From: an uncultured Planctomycetales bacterium
Lineage (GTDB): Bacteria > Planctomycetota > Phycisphaerae > UBA1845 > JAFGLZ01
DNA: 64,000 nt
Assembly (NCBI GenBank): GCA_964622545.1
Contig: CAZUQM010000012.1
Span: 92,054 to 156,053, forward strand
Direction: 5' to 3'
A program made the position numbers and the translations under genes. Below, piece by piece: positions 27,201 through 36,265 of the stretch. Each line of letters opens with the position of its first letter. The stretch's first letter is position 1. The notes below the pieces were generated by a model, which made no database searches, was not told the DNA's origin, and was given only the letters and a program-made list of their open reading frames with translations.

Positions 27201-28327
27201 CCAAGGACGAAGCTGCCGGTTACGATGTGCCCTTCGGCTATGTCGAGACGCATGTCTGGCCGACACGCAAGGACAACCGACGCGCTGCTTATGCGAAGCG
27301 GTGGTGGTTGCATGTTGAACCACGACCAGAGCTGCGGCAACGAATCGCGCCATTGTCGCGCTTCCTCATTACCCCGCGGCTTACGAAATACCGACTGATT
27401 GCTTGGCACGACCAGCGAACCCTTCCCGATTGCCAAGTGATTGCCTTCGCCCGGTCCGACGACTACTTCTTCGGCGTGCTACACAGCGCGGTGCACGAGT
27501 TGTGGGCGCTTCGGATGGGCACGCAACTTGAGGACCGTCCGCGCTACACGCCGACGACGTGCTTCGAGACGTTCCCGCTGCCCTGGCCGCCGGGCGCCGA
27601 GCCCAATGTAGCCCAGTCGCCCTCGACTGGGACGGATGGGGATGAAGCTACACAGCCGGGGGCGGCTGTGCCACATCAGCCGGGGGCGGCTGTACCACAA
27701 GAAGATGTAGCCCAGTCGCCCTCGACTGGGGAAAGTGTAGCCCGGTCGCCCTCGACTGGGACGGATGGGGATGAAGATACACAGCCGGGGGCGGCTGTAC
27801 CACATCAGCCGGGGGCGGCTGTGCTACATGAGGCAGCTACCTCGCAAACCGCCGCCGCGATCCACCAGCGGATCTCCGACGCCGCGTGCGAGTTGAACGA
27901 GCAGCGCGAGCGGTGGCTCAACCCGCCGGAGTGGATCGACCCCATCGCCGAACAGGTCGACGCCGAGGACGACTTCGCCGACGTGCCGGCCGACGCCCGA
28001 CCGCTGATCCGCCATTCGGCCATCATGGCCCGGGCGGCCAAGGACGCCCGGCTCAAGAAGCGAACGCTGACGAACCTCTACAACGAGCGGCCGACGTGGC
28101 TGCGGATCGCCCACGAGAAGCTCGACCGCGCCGTCCTGGCCGCGTATGCCCACGTCGACCCCGACGGCGACTGGAGCGAAGACTGGGCCGAGGTGTGGAC
28201 CGAGACCGGCGCGGGCCAACGGCTACCCGACGACCACCCCCTCGCCGCCCGCCGCGCCGAGATCGATCAGCGGGTGCTGGCCAACCTGCTGCGAATCAAT
28301 CTCGCGAGGGCCGCAGCCCGGAGCTGA
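24236..28327 (+). CDS. MmeI-family (Type IIL) single-chain restriction-modification enzyme / N6-adenine DNA methyltransferase, carrying in-frame REP and RAYT insertions
   Basis: ORF 24062..28327. The first 58 codons are translated repeat, so the probable start is ATG 24236 (MSAQLSPASFVAKWSGTALSERAASQEHFIDLCHLLG). Family blocks: nuclease-like GFADVWWKGKFAWEYKRKG, motif I ILDPACGSGNFLY, motif IV IIGNPPFLG, RPWVNG, WIIDF, CFETFPLPWP, TLTNLYNERPTWL. Two blocks are foreign to the family, at 25688-26539 and 27608-27829. Confidence 0.75.
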   Translation: MSAQLSPASFVAKWSGTALSERAASQEHFIDLCHLLGQPTPADHDATGAEYTFEKSVAVTDAASAGSKGDHGFADVWWKGKFAWEYKRKGKHKDLTAAYRQLCQYREALENPPLLIVSDIARTEIHTNFTGRAKQVHTILLEDLAEPASLDLLRRVFTDPLSFEPEVTAEHVTEAVAKEIGQLALQLRARGHDPHDTAHFLMKSMFCLFAEDIRLLPADLFQKLVGQWKSDPPELTKVLTELFSKMQTGGAFGVDKIAFFNGGLFDDAPALELTDDEANVLLTAARQDWGSVEPAIFGTLFERSLDPNTRAQIGAHYTSKDDILLVVEPVVMTPLRREWADVQAKVAEQLERRAAAKTKPTRTKADRAIADLLDGFIHRLATVRILDPACGSGNFLYVAIQQLLGLEKEVITYAARPDIGLGLFPQVRPTQLHGIEVNPYAAELAQVVIWIGYLQWMRDNGFTAPSNPVLEPLQTIENRDAILDVARSPSTGGSVAQSPSTGTDGDEATQPGAAVPQQPGAAVPQEDVARSPSTGGSVAQSPSTGTDGDEATPHQPGAAVPHQPGAAVPHEIPDAKGGPASYRRNLPHIQPGQRPVFVTFCTHKGWELPESVRDLVITHCLHDDNSKLQMHALVVMPDHVHLLFTPGHDSYGNPYGLAEIMSGIKGASAHSINKALKRKGRVWQDESFDHILRRNENLFEKGEYICQNPVRKGLVQDENDYPWLWRESHVAQSPSTGTDGDEATQPGAAVPQQPGAAVPHQPGAAVPHRPTIPPWPDADFIIGNPPFLGSKLFRQQGLDDEYIQAMFDTYEIPNTSDLCCYWFERARQELEKNPLLRAGLLATQGIRGGANRKVLERIEDTGDIFLAWSDRNWVLDGAHVHVSIVGFDNGTENERMLDGKPVSDINASLTGDIDTGKASALAENTGIAFMGDTKGGKFDITWDEARAMLPQPNPTGSFNSEVVRPWVNGLDITRRARSMWIIDFGCDMPKDEAAGYDVPFGYVETHVWPTRKDNRRAAYAKRWWLHVEPRPELRQRIAPLSRFLITPRLTKYRLIAWHDQRTLPDCQVIAFARSDDYFFGVLHSAVHELWALRMGTQLEDRPRYTPTTCFETFPLPWPPGAEPNVAQSPSTGTDGDEATQPGAAVPHQPGAAVPQEDVAQSPSTGESVARSPSTGTDGDEDTQPGAAVPHQPGAAVLHEAATSQTAAAIHQRISDAACELNEQRERWLNPPEWIDPIAEQVDAEDDFADVPADARPLIRHSAIMARAAKDARLKKRTLTNLYNERPTWLRIAHEKLDRAVLAAYAHVDPDGDWSEDWAEVWTETGAGQRLPDDHPLAARRAEIDQRVLANLLRINLARAAARS
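25688..25945 (+). repeat. REP-like repeat cluster 1 (intragenic, 258 nt)
   Basis: Two tandem composite units. Each is a 30-nt unit, a 44-nt unit GTAGCCCAGTCGCCCTCGACTGGGACGGATGGGGATGAAGCTAC, then two 24-nt ACAGCCGGGGGCGGCTGTACCACA-type units, joined by AGAAGAT. It translates as VARSPSTGGSVAQSPSTGTDGDEATQPGAAVPQQPGAAVPQED... Confidence 0.9.
25946..26422 (+). other. REP-associated tyrosine transposase (RAYT, HUH/Y1, IS200-like) coding segment without own start or stop
   Basis: 159 codons: EIPDAKGGPASYRRNLPHIQPGQRPVFVTFCTH...ALVVMPDHVHLLFTP (the HUH motif is HVH)...GRVWQDESFDHILR...GEYICQNPVRKGLV (catalytic Tyr helix)...DYPWLWRESH. It is flanked on both sides by GTAG-hairpin repeats. Confidence 0.8.
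26423..26539 (+). repeat. REP-like repeat cluster 2 (intragenic, 117 nt)
   Basis: One 44-nt GTAG unit followed by three ACAGCCGGGGGCGGCTGT hairpin units. It translates as VAQSPSTGTDGDEATQPGAAVPQQPGAAVPHQPGAAVPH. Confidence 0.9.
27608..27829 (+). repeat. REP-like repeat cluster 3 (intragenic, 222 nt = 74 codons)
   Basis: Same composite units in the same orientation and frame. It lies between host blocks CFETFPLPWPPGAEPN and AATSQTAAAIHQRISDAACELNEQRERWLNPPEW. Confidence 0.9.
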
Positions 28328-28660
28328 CGTCACGGATAATCTCACGTCGCGCGCGGTTTCGATGGAAATCCCACCGCGGTAGCCGGATCCGTCTGCGGAC
28401 CCACCGCGACGAAGTCTGACACCGCCGAGGACGCTCCACCCTATCATCGATTACCCCGAGATCTGGCAGAGACGTCCGCGTCCAGTTGCTCGGTGCAAGG
28501 CTAGGCACAAGCGTCTCATCCCCTTTCCCCGTTTTCGCGCGAACCGGCCCGGAACCAAGCGTGTACAAACCGAAGGCTTTCCTGACATTGGCGGGATCCC
28601 TTGCGCCTGATAGAATTCCCGTGCTGGGGGTGATAGTCGCACGCGTCAAAGGACTGCGCG

Positions 28661-30988
28661 ATGGGGCGGTCGGGCCAACGGAAATCCAGCGGCGAAGTCA
28701 CGCCGCGCAGGGCCTGGATCGTGGCACTGCTGGCGATCGCCGTCGCCGGCGCCGCCGCCCGGGCCGAGGTCAAGATCGTCGGCGAGGTCGTCCACACCGG
28801 GTTCCCGTGCGGCAGCCAAGACCTCTTCCGCCCCGGGGCATGGTGCCCGGCCCTGGTCGAGCTCCAGAACCTCGGCGACGAACACCTCAGCGGCAAGCTG
28901 GTCCTGCAACAGCGCGACAAAGACGGCGACGTGATGATCACCGAAAGCGTGGTCGGCCTGGTCGCCGGCGGCCCGGCGCGTCCCTTCCGCATCGACTTCA
29001 TCGCCGAGGAGCCTGGCAGCACCGGCTCGTTCCTCCTGACGCTCTATGACGAGAACGGCCGGCACGTGCCCGTGCAGGACAAAAAGGGCAACGTCCACCA
29101 GGCCCTGCCGGCCCCGCCGGTTCGAAGCCTACCCTCGGATTTCATGCTCGTGCTCGACCTGTCGTCTCGGCCGCTCACGTGGCTGGATGTCCTGGCCGAC
29201 CAGCACGACGCCATGCGGTATCCGATCGCGGTGACCCGGCTCAAGCCCGAGCGGCTCCCCGACCGCTGGTACTGCCTGCGATCGGTGCAGGCCATCGTGT
29301 GGGACCGTCCGGACCCAGACCGCCTGAGTCCCGACCAGATCGAGGCGCTGCTGGGCTTCGTCAAGGCCGGAGGCGTGTTGGCCCTGTCGGCGGGGCGAAC
29401 GGCCCAGACGCTGGCCGACTCGGCGCTGGGCGAGATCCTGCCCGTGGCAGTCAGCGGCACGGACGAGACCGACGTCCTGCAGAAGGTCTGGGACGACCTG
29501 CTCGGCAGCAGGCAGACGGGCGAGCTGGTGCCGCTCTACGAACGCGCGGCGACCGTGGCGCGCGCCACCGCCCGGCCCGACGCCCAGGTCCTGTGTCGCG
29601 AGGATCGGCTGCAAACCGACGTCGTCGTGCGGCGGCGCTACGGCACGGGCGTGGTGACGTTCCTCGGGGTGGAGCTGCACGACCTGCTGCGCCCGGCCGA
29701 GGACCACTTGGACGTCGCGCTGCGACTCTTCCCCGAGCTGCTGGGGCTGGGCATCAGCGCCCGCACCCAGGACGCTCGGCCGCCGAGTATGAAGCTGGAC
29801 CTGGTCGACGAGGTGCACGCGGCGATCGGGTTCCTCGGCCTGGGCGGGGCGTTTCTGATCTTCGTGATGTTCTTCGTGGGGGGCTACATCCTGATCGCGT
29901 CGTTCGCGACGTGGGGCTGGCTGCGGCACCAGAACTCGGTGCAGCACGCGTGGACGGTTTTCGCGGTGGTGGCGGCCGTCTTCAGCGTGTTGAGCGTCGG
30001 CGCGGTGCAGGCGGTGCGAGGCGTGGGGACCGATTTGCGGCAGTTGAGCATCGTCGATGCGTCGCTGCCGACGCAGCCCGGGGCGCCCATCGACGCCCAT
30101 GCCGACGTCTTCTTCGGCGTCAAGACGAGCACGCACACCTACCTGGACATGCGGATCGCCGACGCCGAGGAGGCCCAGCTTGCCGGGCATCGCTGCTCGC
30201 TCAAGCCGCTGCCGGCGGTCCGCGCCGAGGTCAGCCAGACGTATGTGGCGCCCGAGAGCTACACGGTGCGGGCCAGCCAGGCGACGCTGGAGGGCGTACC
30301 GATACGGGCCACGCTGAAGCGTCTCCAGGGGCACTGGTTCGGACGCTTGGAGGGCGCGTTTTCTGCGCTGCTCGAGGCCGACCGGTGGGGGCGGTTCTCG
30401 AAGCGGTGCTTCGTGCGGAACGATCTGGGCTTCGCGCTCAAGGACTGCTACCTGCTGCTGCCCAAGACGCCGCGGATGGGCGGGGTGATCCGAGGCACCC
30501 AGATCAACCTCTTCGAGGTGGCCGCCACGATGCGTGACGGCGAGCAGATCAACCTGCTCGAGCCGGGGATGGCGATCCAGACGTCGTCCACGGTCAACTG
30601 GCCGAAGCTGTCGGACGAGCAGAGCCGGTGGGTCCGGTACTTCGCCAGCATCGGCGGTGCGAAGCGGCGCGAGGCGAACCCCCCGTTTAGCTTCAGCCGA
30701 TTCGCCGCGGCGATCGCGCTGCTGACGACGCTCGACGAGTACGATGTCTACGACAACGCGAGCTGGAGCAAGCCGATCATCCTGCGGACGCACCTGATGC
30801 ACCTGGACCTGTCGCACCTCCTGACGCAGGGGACGGCGCTGTTCGTGGCCGAGGCCGACGTGCCCGGCCCGGCCAGGCTCGCGCTCCGATCGGCCGGCGG
30901 GCCGACGTGGCGCACCGTCGACGAGCCGGATAGGGCCAAGACGGTCTTCCGATTCGCGATTCCCGTCGGCCTGGTGGCCGAACCGTAG
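28661..30988 (+). CDS. large hypothetical membrane protein (signal peptide, central TM helices)
   Basis: 775-aa ORF. It has an N-terminal signal-like WIVALLAIAVAGAAARA and TM segments AAIGFLGLGGAFLIFVMFFVGGYILIASFATWGWL and AWTVFAVVAAVFSVLSVGAV. No family recognised. It sits directly upstream of the ABC transporter genes. Confidence 0.6.
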   Translation: MGRSGQRKSSGEVTPRRAWIVALLAIAVAGAAARAEVKIVGEVVHTGFPCGSQDLFRPGAWCPALVELQNLGDEHLSGKLVLQQRDKDGDVMITESVVGLVAGGPARPFRIDFIAEEPGSTGSFLLTLYDENGRHVPVQDKKGNVHQALPAPPVRSLPSDFMLVLDLSSRPLTWLDVLADQHDAMRYPIAVTRLKPERLPDRWYCLRSVQAIVWDRPDPDRLSPDQIEALLGFVKAGGVLALSAGRTAQTLADSALGEILPVAVSGTDETDVLQKVWDDLLGSRQTGELVPLYERAATVARATARPDAQVLCREDRLQTDVVVRRRYGTGVVTFLGVELHDLLRPAEDHLDVALRLFPELLGLGISARTQDARPPSMKLDLVDEVHAAIGFLGLGGAFLIFVMFFVGGYILIASFATWGWLRHQNSVQHAWTVFAVVAAVFSVLSVGAVQAVRGVGTDLRQLSIVDASLPTQPGAPIDAHADVFFGVKTSTHTYLDMRIADAEEAQLAGHRCSLKPLPAVRAEVSQTYVAPESYTVRASQATLEGVPIRATLKRLQGHWFGRLEGAFSALLEADRWGRFSKRCFVRNDLGFALKDCYLLLPKTPRMGGVIRGTQINLFEVAATMRDGEQINLLEPGMAIQTSSTVNWPKLSDEQSRWVRYFASIGGAKRREANPPFSFSRFAAAIALLTTLDEYDVYDNASWSKPIILRTHLMHLDLSHLLTQGTALFVAEADVPGPARLALRSAGGPTWRTVDEPDRAKTVFRFAIPVGLVAEP

Positions 30989-30998
30989 GAGACGCCCC

Positions 30999-31928
30999 GT
31001 GATCGTCGAAACGATCAACCTGACGAAGCGCTACGGGAAGCTGATCGCGCTGAACAATCTGTGCCTGCAGATTGAAGAGGGCGAATGCCTCGGTTACATC
31101 GGTCCGAACGGCGCGGGCAAGACCACGACGATCAAGATCCTGGCCACGCTGTTGCAGCCGACGTGGGGCGAGGCCCGGGTGTGCGGTCGGGTGATCGGCT
31201 ACGAATCGCGGAAGATCCGCCCCCTGATCGGCTACGTGCCCGACTTCTTCGGCGCGTACGAGGACATGGTCGTGCAGGAGTACCTCGAGTTTTTCGCCTC
31301 GGCCTACAGCATCACGGGCGGCAAGCGGACGCGGGTGGTGGGCGACGTCCTGGAGCTGACCGATCTGACCAGCCGATCCGACGCGTTGGTGGACTCGCTG
31401 AGCCGCGGCATGCAGCAGCGGCTGAGCATCGCACGGGTGCTGCTGCACGATCCGAAGGTGCTGCTGTTGGACGAGCCGGCCAGCGGGCTGGATCCTCGCG
31501 CCCGCATCGAGATCCGCGAGCTGCTCAAGGAGCTCAAGCGGATGGGCAAGACGATCATCATCAGCTCGCACATCCTGCACGAGCTGGCCGAGCTGTGCAG
31601 CACGGTCGGCATCGTCGAGCGCGGCGAGCTGCTGTTCCACGGGACGATCGCGGAGGCGGTCCGGCGGGCCCGGTCGGGCACGCGGATCCACGTGGGCGTG
31701 GTGAGCCACAAGGACAAGGCCCTGAAGGTCCTCTCGGCGATCCCCGGCGTGCGCGAGATCGCCGACGAGAACGGCGCGCTGGTCGTCGAGCTCGACGACG
31801 AGGTGAAGGACTACAACGTGCTGGCCGAGGCGCTGCTCCGGAACGGGCTGCGGATCCGCGAGCTCCGCGAGGAGCAGATCAACCTCGAGACGGCCTTCAT
31901 GCGGCTGACGAAGGGCATCGTGCAATAG
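30999..31928 (+). CDS. ABC transporter ATP-binding protein
   Basis: Walker A GPNGAGKTTTIK, signature LSRGMQQRL, Walker B VLLLDEPASGLD, and the H-loop SSHIL. Confidence 0.92.
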   Translation: MIVETINLTKRYGKLIALNNLCLQIEEGECLGYIGPNGAGKTTTIKILATLLQPTWGEARVCGRVIGYESRKIRPLIGYVPDFFGAYEDMVVQEYLEFFASAYSITGGKRTRVVGDVLELTDLTSRSDALVDSLSRGMQQRLSIARVLLHDPKVLLLDEPASGLDPRARIEIRELLKELKRMGKTIIISSHILHELAELCSTVGIVERGELLFHGTIAEAVRRARSGTRIHVGVVSHKDKALKVLSAIPGVREIADENGALVVELDDEVKDYNVLAEALLRNGLRIRELREEQINLETAFMRLTKGIVQ

Positions 31929-31930
31929 CG

Positions 31931-33988
31931 ATGGCGATCCGATCGCAGGACATCTCGCTCTGGTTGTGGCGGCTGCTGCCGGGCAACCCGATCTTCCTGC
32001 GCGTGCTGTACGGGGGCAGCCGGAGGGTGCGGCACCTGTACATCCGGGCGGGGTTCCTGGTCATCCTGTTCTTCGTCATGTTCCTGTCGCTCATGAGCGC
32101 GATGTCCGGCGGCAGCAACAGCCTGGACGACCTGGCCAAGTCGAGCTCACAGGTCTTTCGCTTCGTCAGCATCACGCAGTTGGGGATGGTGTGCTTCCTG
32201 GCGCCGATCTTCATGGGCGCGGCCATCACGCAGGAGAAGGACTCTCAGACCTACAACATCCTGCTGAGCACGCCGCTGAGCAACGCGCAGATCGTGCTGG
32301 GCTCGCTCCTGAGCCGGCTGTTCTTCGTGCTGGTGCTGCTGCTGGCGAGCGTGCCGATCTACGCGGCCACCACGCTCTACGGCGGCGTGACGATGCGCCA
32401 GGTGATGCTCAGCACCGGTATCTCCGCCACGACGGCCATCCTGACCGGCTCGGTGGCGATCGCCCTGGGCGTGATGCGGGTCGGCACGCGAAAGACGATC
32501 TTCTCGTTCTACCTGGTCATCGCGCTGTATCTGCTCGTCGTGGGGACGCTGGGCTATCCGCAGTCGTTCCGTCGAGACGTGGCGGCGTTGCGCTACTTCG
32601 AGCGGAAGGCCGTGATCGACGAATGGATCGCCGAGGGTAAGCAGCTCCCCCGGGCGGGTCGGATTCTGACGGCCGCGCCCGAGGACCTCGGCGAGGTCCT
32701 GCTGCGGTCGGTGAAGGATAAGGAGGAGTACTCGAAGCTGGTGAACCGGCTCCGTCAGGCCGACGGGGTCAGCAGCCTCCGTCACGAGCAGGAGGCGACG
32801 TTCTTCGGTTGCCGGCTCTCGCCGGCCAACACGTCGGGCGACCGCATGAGCTGGCTGGCGCCGTTCCATCCGCTGCTGGCGCTCCAGGTCGCCTTGGGCA
32901 TCGTCGAGGCCCCGCCGGCGTCCGCCGGGTATCGTTGGCCGCTGAGCGCGCTCCTGACGAACCCCTACTTCGGCTACATGTGGGTCACGATGCTCGCGTC
33001 GGTGGCCGTGATCGTGCTGAGCATGCTCTGGGTGCGGCGCGGCAGCCGCGAGGGCGAAAGCTCGGTATGGATGTGGGTCCGTGAGCGTCTGGTCCTGCCC
33101 AGCCATACCGGGCTGAGACGACGCAAGCCACGACGCGTCTGGCGGAACCCGGTCGCGTGGCGCGAGGCGGTCACCCGGGCGTCCTTCGCCGGGCGCGGGG
33201 CGATGCGGTACGTCATCTTGCTGGCCGGGTTCGCGTGTGTCGGCGTCTTCTTCTACTCGCACGCGATGGGCAAGGGCTGGTTCAGCCCGGAGGAGCTGCG
33301 CTTCTGGCTGACGGCGCTGTTTATCATCGAGGTGGCGCTCATCCTGCTGATGGCCGCGAGCAGCGCCTCAACCGCCATCACCCGCGAGCGCGAGGCGAAC
33401 ACGATGGACCTGCTGCTAAGCACGCCGCTGACGAGCGCCTACATCGTGCTGGGCAAGCTGCGGGGCCTGGTGAGCTTCTTGCTGCCGCTGCTGGCGATTC
33501 CGGTCATCAGCCTGCTGGTTTTCGGCCTGTACGACCTGGCCACGGGCGCGATCGTCCCGGTGGTCTGGCCCGAGTCGGCGATCGAGCTGGGCCTGCTGCT
33601 GGTGGTCTACGCGTCGTTCGCGTGCGTGCTGGGGTTGCAGATGTCGCTGCAATTCCGCCGGACCGTGCCGGCCGTGCTGAGCAGCGTCGGCATCATCATC
33701 GGGGTGTCGTTCGCGCTGGGGGCGTGCGGGTGGGGCCTGTTGGAGGTCAGCAAGGCCTACGGCGCACTGATCGCGCCGTTCACGCCGTTTACGGCCGTCT
33801 CGCTCATCGTCAACCCGGCCTGGACGCTGGACATGACGCGGGGGCATCCGTCCGAGCTGGCCCAGGCACGAGCCCTGCTGCCGATCGGCTCGGTCTTCGC
33901 GGTGGGCTTCTACGCGATGATCGTCGTGGCGATCTACCGGGCGATGGTCCGCAACTTCGATATGACCGTCCGCAAGCAGTCCGCCTGA
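31931..33988 (+). CDS. ABC-2-type permease with internally duplicated membrane domain
   Basis: ATG 31931 is in frame within ORF 31085..33988. The upstream part overlaps the ATPase gene in another frame and is Arg-rich. There are two homologous halves: QEKDSQTYNILLSTPLSNAQIVLGSLLSRL and REREANTMDLLLSTPLTSAYIVLGKLRGLV. Confidence 0.75.
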   Translation: MAIRSQDISLWLWRLLPGNPIFLRVLYGGSRRVRHLYIRAGFLVILFFVMFLSLMSAMSGGSNSLDDLAKSSSQVFRFVSITQLGMVCFLAPIFMGAAITQEKDSQTYNILLSTPLSNAQIVLGSLLSRLFFVLVLLLASVPIYAATTLYGGVTMRQVMLSTGISATTAILTGSVAIALGVMRVGTRKTIFSFYLVIALYLLVVGTLGYPQSFRRDVAALRYFERKAVIDEWIAEGKQLPRAGRILTAAPEDLGEVLLRSVKDKEEYSKLVNRLRQADGVSSLRHEQEATFFGCRLSPANTSGDRMSWLAPFHPLLALQVALGIVEAPPASAGYRWPLSALLTNPYFGYMWVTMLASVAVIVLSMLWVRRGSREGESSVWMWVRERLVLPSHTGLRRRKPRRVWRNPVAWREAVTRASFAGRGAMRYVILLAGFACVGVFFYSHAMGKGWFSPEELRFWLTALFIIEVALILLMAASSASTAITREREANTMDLLLSTPLTSAYIVLGKLRGLVSFLLPLLAIPVISLLVFGLYDLATGAIVPVVWPESAIELGLLLVVYASFACVLGLQMSLQFRRTVPAVLSSVGIIIGVSFALGACGWGLLEVSKAYGALIAPFTPFTAVSLIVNPAWTLDMTRGHPSELAQARALLPIGSVFAVGFYAMIVVAIYRAMVRNFDMTVRKQSA

Positions 33989-34089
33989 CCCGGGTAAGGA
34001 TCCACCCGGGCGCATCGCCACCGCGTCGTGCGTCTGCTACACTCCCTGCCTGATCACGATTCCATGACCCCCTGTGGAGGACACGACCG

Positions 34090-35592
<1,503 letters not shown>

Positions 35593-36265
35593 TCGGACAT
35601 CGAGGTGACGATCCCTGACAGGGCGAAGCTCCGTCGATCAGCCGCCACCGCCACGGTGCCCGCCGAGGTCTGGACGGTCTCATTCAGAAGCCACACCAGC
35701 CCAAGAGCCTGATTCCGAAGCTGCGAGACATCTTGACCGACCGACATCGCTAAGCTCGGACCGGCCCGAAGCGCCGTAAGCTGCGCGGTCGGCCTGTCTG
35801 TGTGGGTCCTGTCGTGATCGTGGGGACCGCGTGTCGCGGCGGTCGGAGTGTGGCTCCGCTATCGGACGCTGGTTCCTGTGGGCGAGGGCTATCCGCAGTC
35901 GGACTATGGGTGTCGCGTATCGCTGCAATGGATTTCCCCGCCTCTAAGCTTCGAGGCTGTCGACAACAGGCTAGGGCACGTCACAGCGTGCGGACGTTAT
36001 CGGTCGAGCCGCGAGGTTCACCTCCTCGTGCCAAAGCGTTCATGGTCGGCACATCTCAGCGGATCTTTGGCAGAGACGCCCACGAAGGCCGGCCGACATT
36101 GTGCCGACATAGCGATAGGCCTCCGGCACGGAATCCGTGGCCGGAAGTGTTTGGCCTTCTCGGAGCGGAAGCATGCGGCAGGCGTGCTGATGCATCCGAT
36201 TGGCCACACGACGGGGCGTGCAGGGCCGCCAGGCTGGGCACGGGGTCGGCACGTGGGCAGGGATC

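Noticed and set aside
23974-27829. Could the short direct repeats be CRISPR arrays?
   Set aside because: Repeat units abut one another (30-, 44- and 24-nt units) with no unique spacers of regular length. They are palindromic REP-like units, no cas genes are in the window, and three of the four clusters lie inside a CDS.
28355-28390. Possible direct repeat of the tRNA-Arg 3-prime end (attR-like) downstream of the RM gene
   Set aside because: TTCGATGGAAATCCCACCGCGG shares only short blocks (TTCG, AATCC, CGCGG) with TTCGAATCCTGCGCGG and needs an indel. That level of similarity is expected by chance in GC-rich DNA, and no integrase is present.
31085-31930. N-terminal 282 codons of ORF 31085..33988
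   Set aside because: It overlaps the ABC ATPase gene in another frame and has an Arg/Gly-rich composition. The membrane protein starts at ATG 31931, 2 nt after the ATPase stop.
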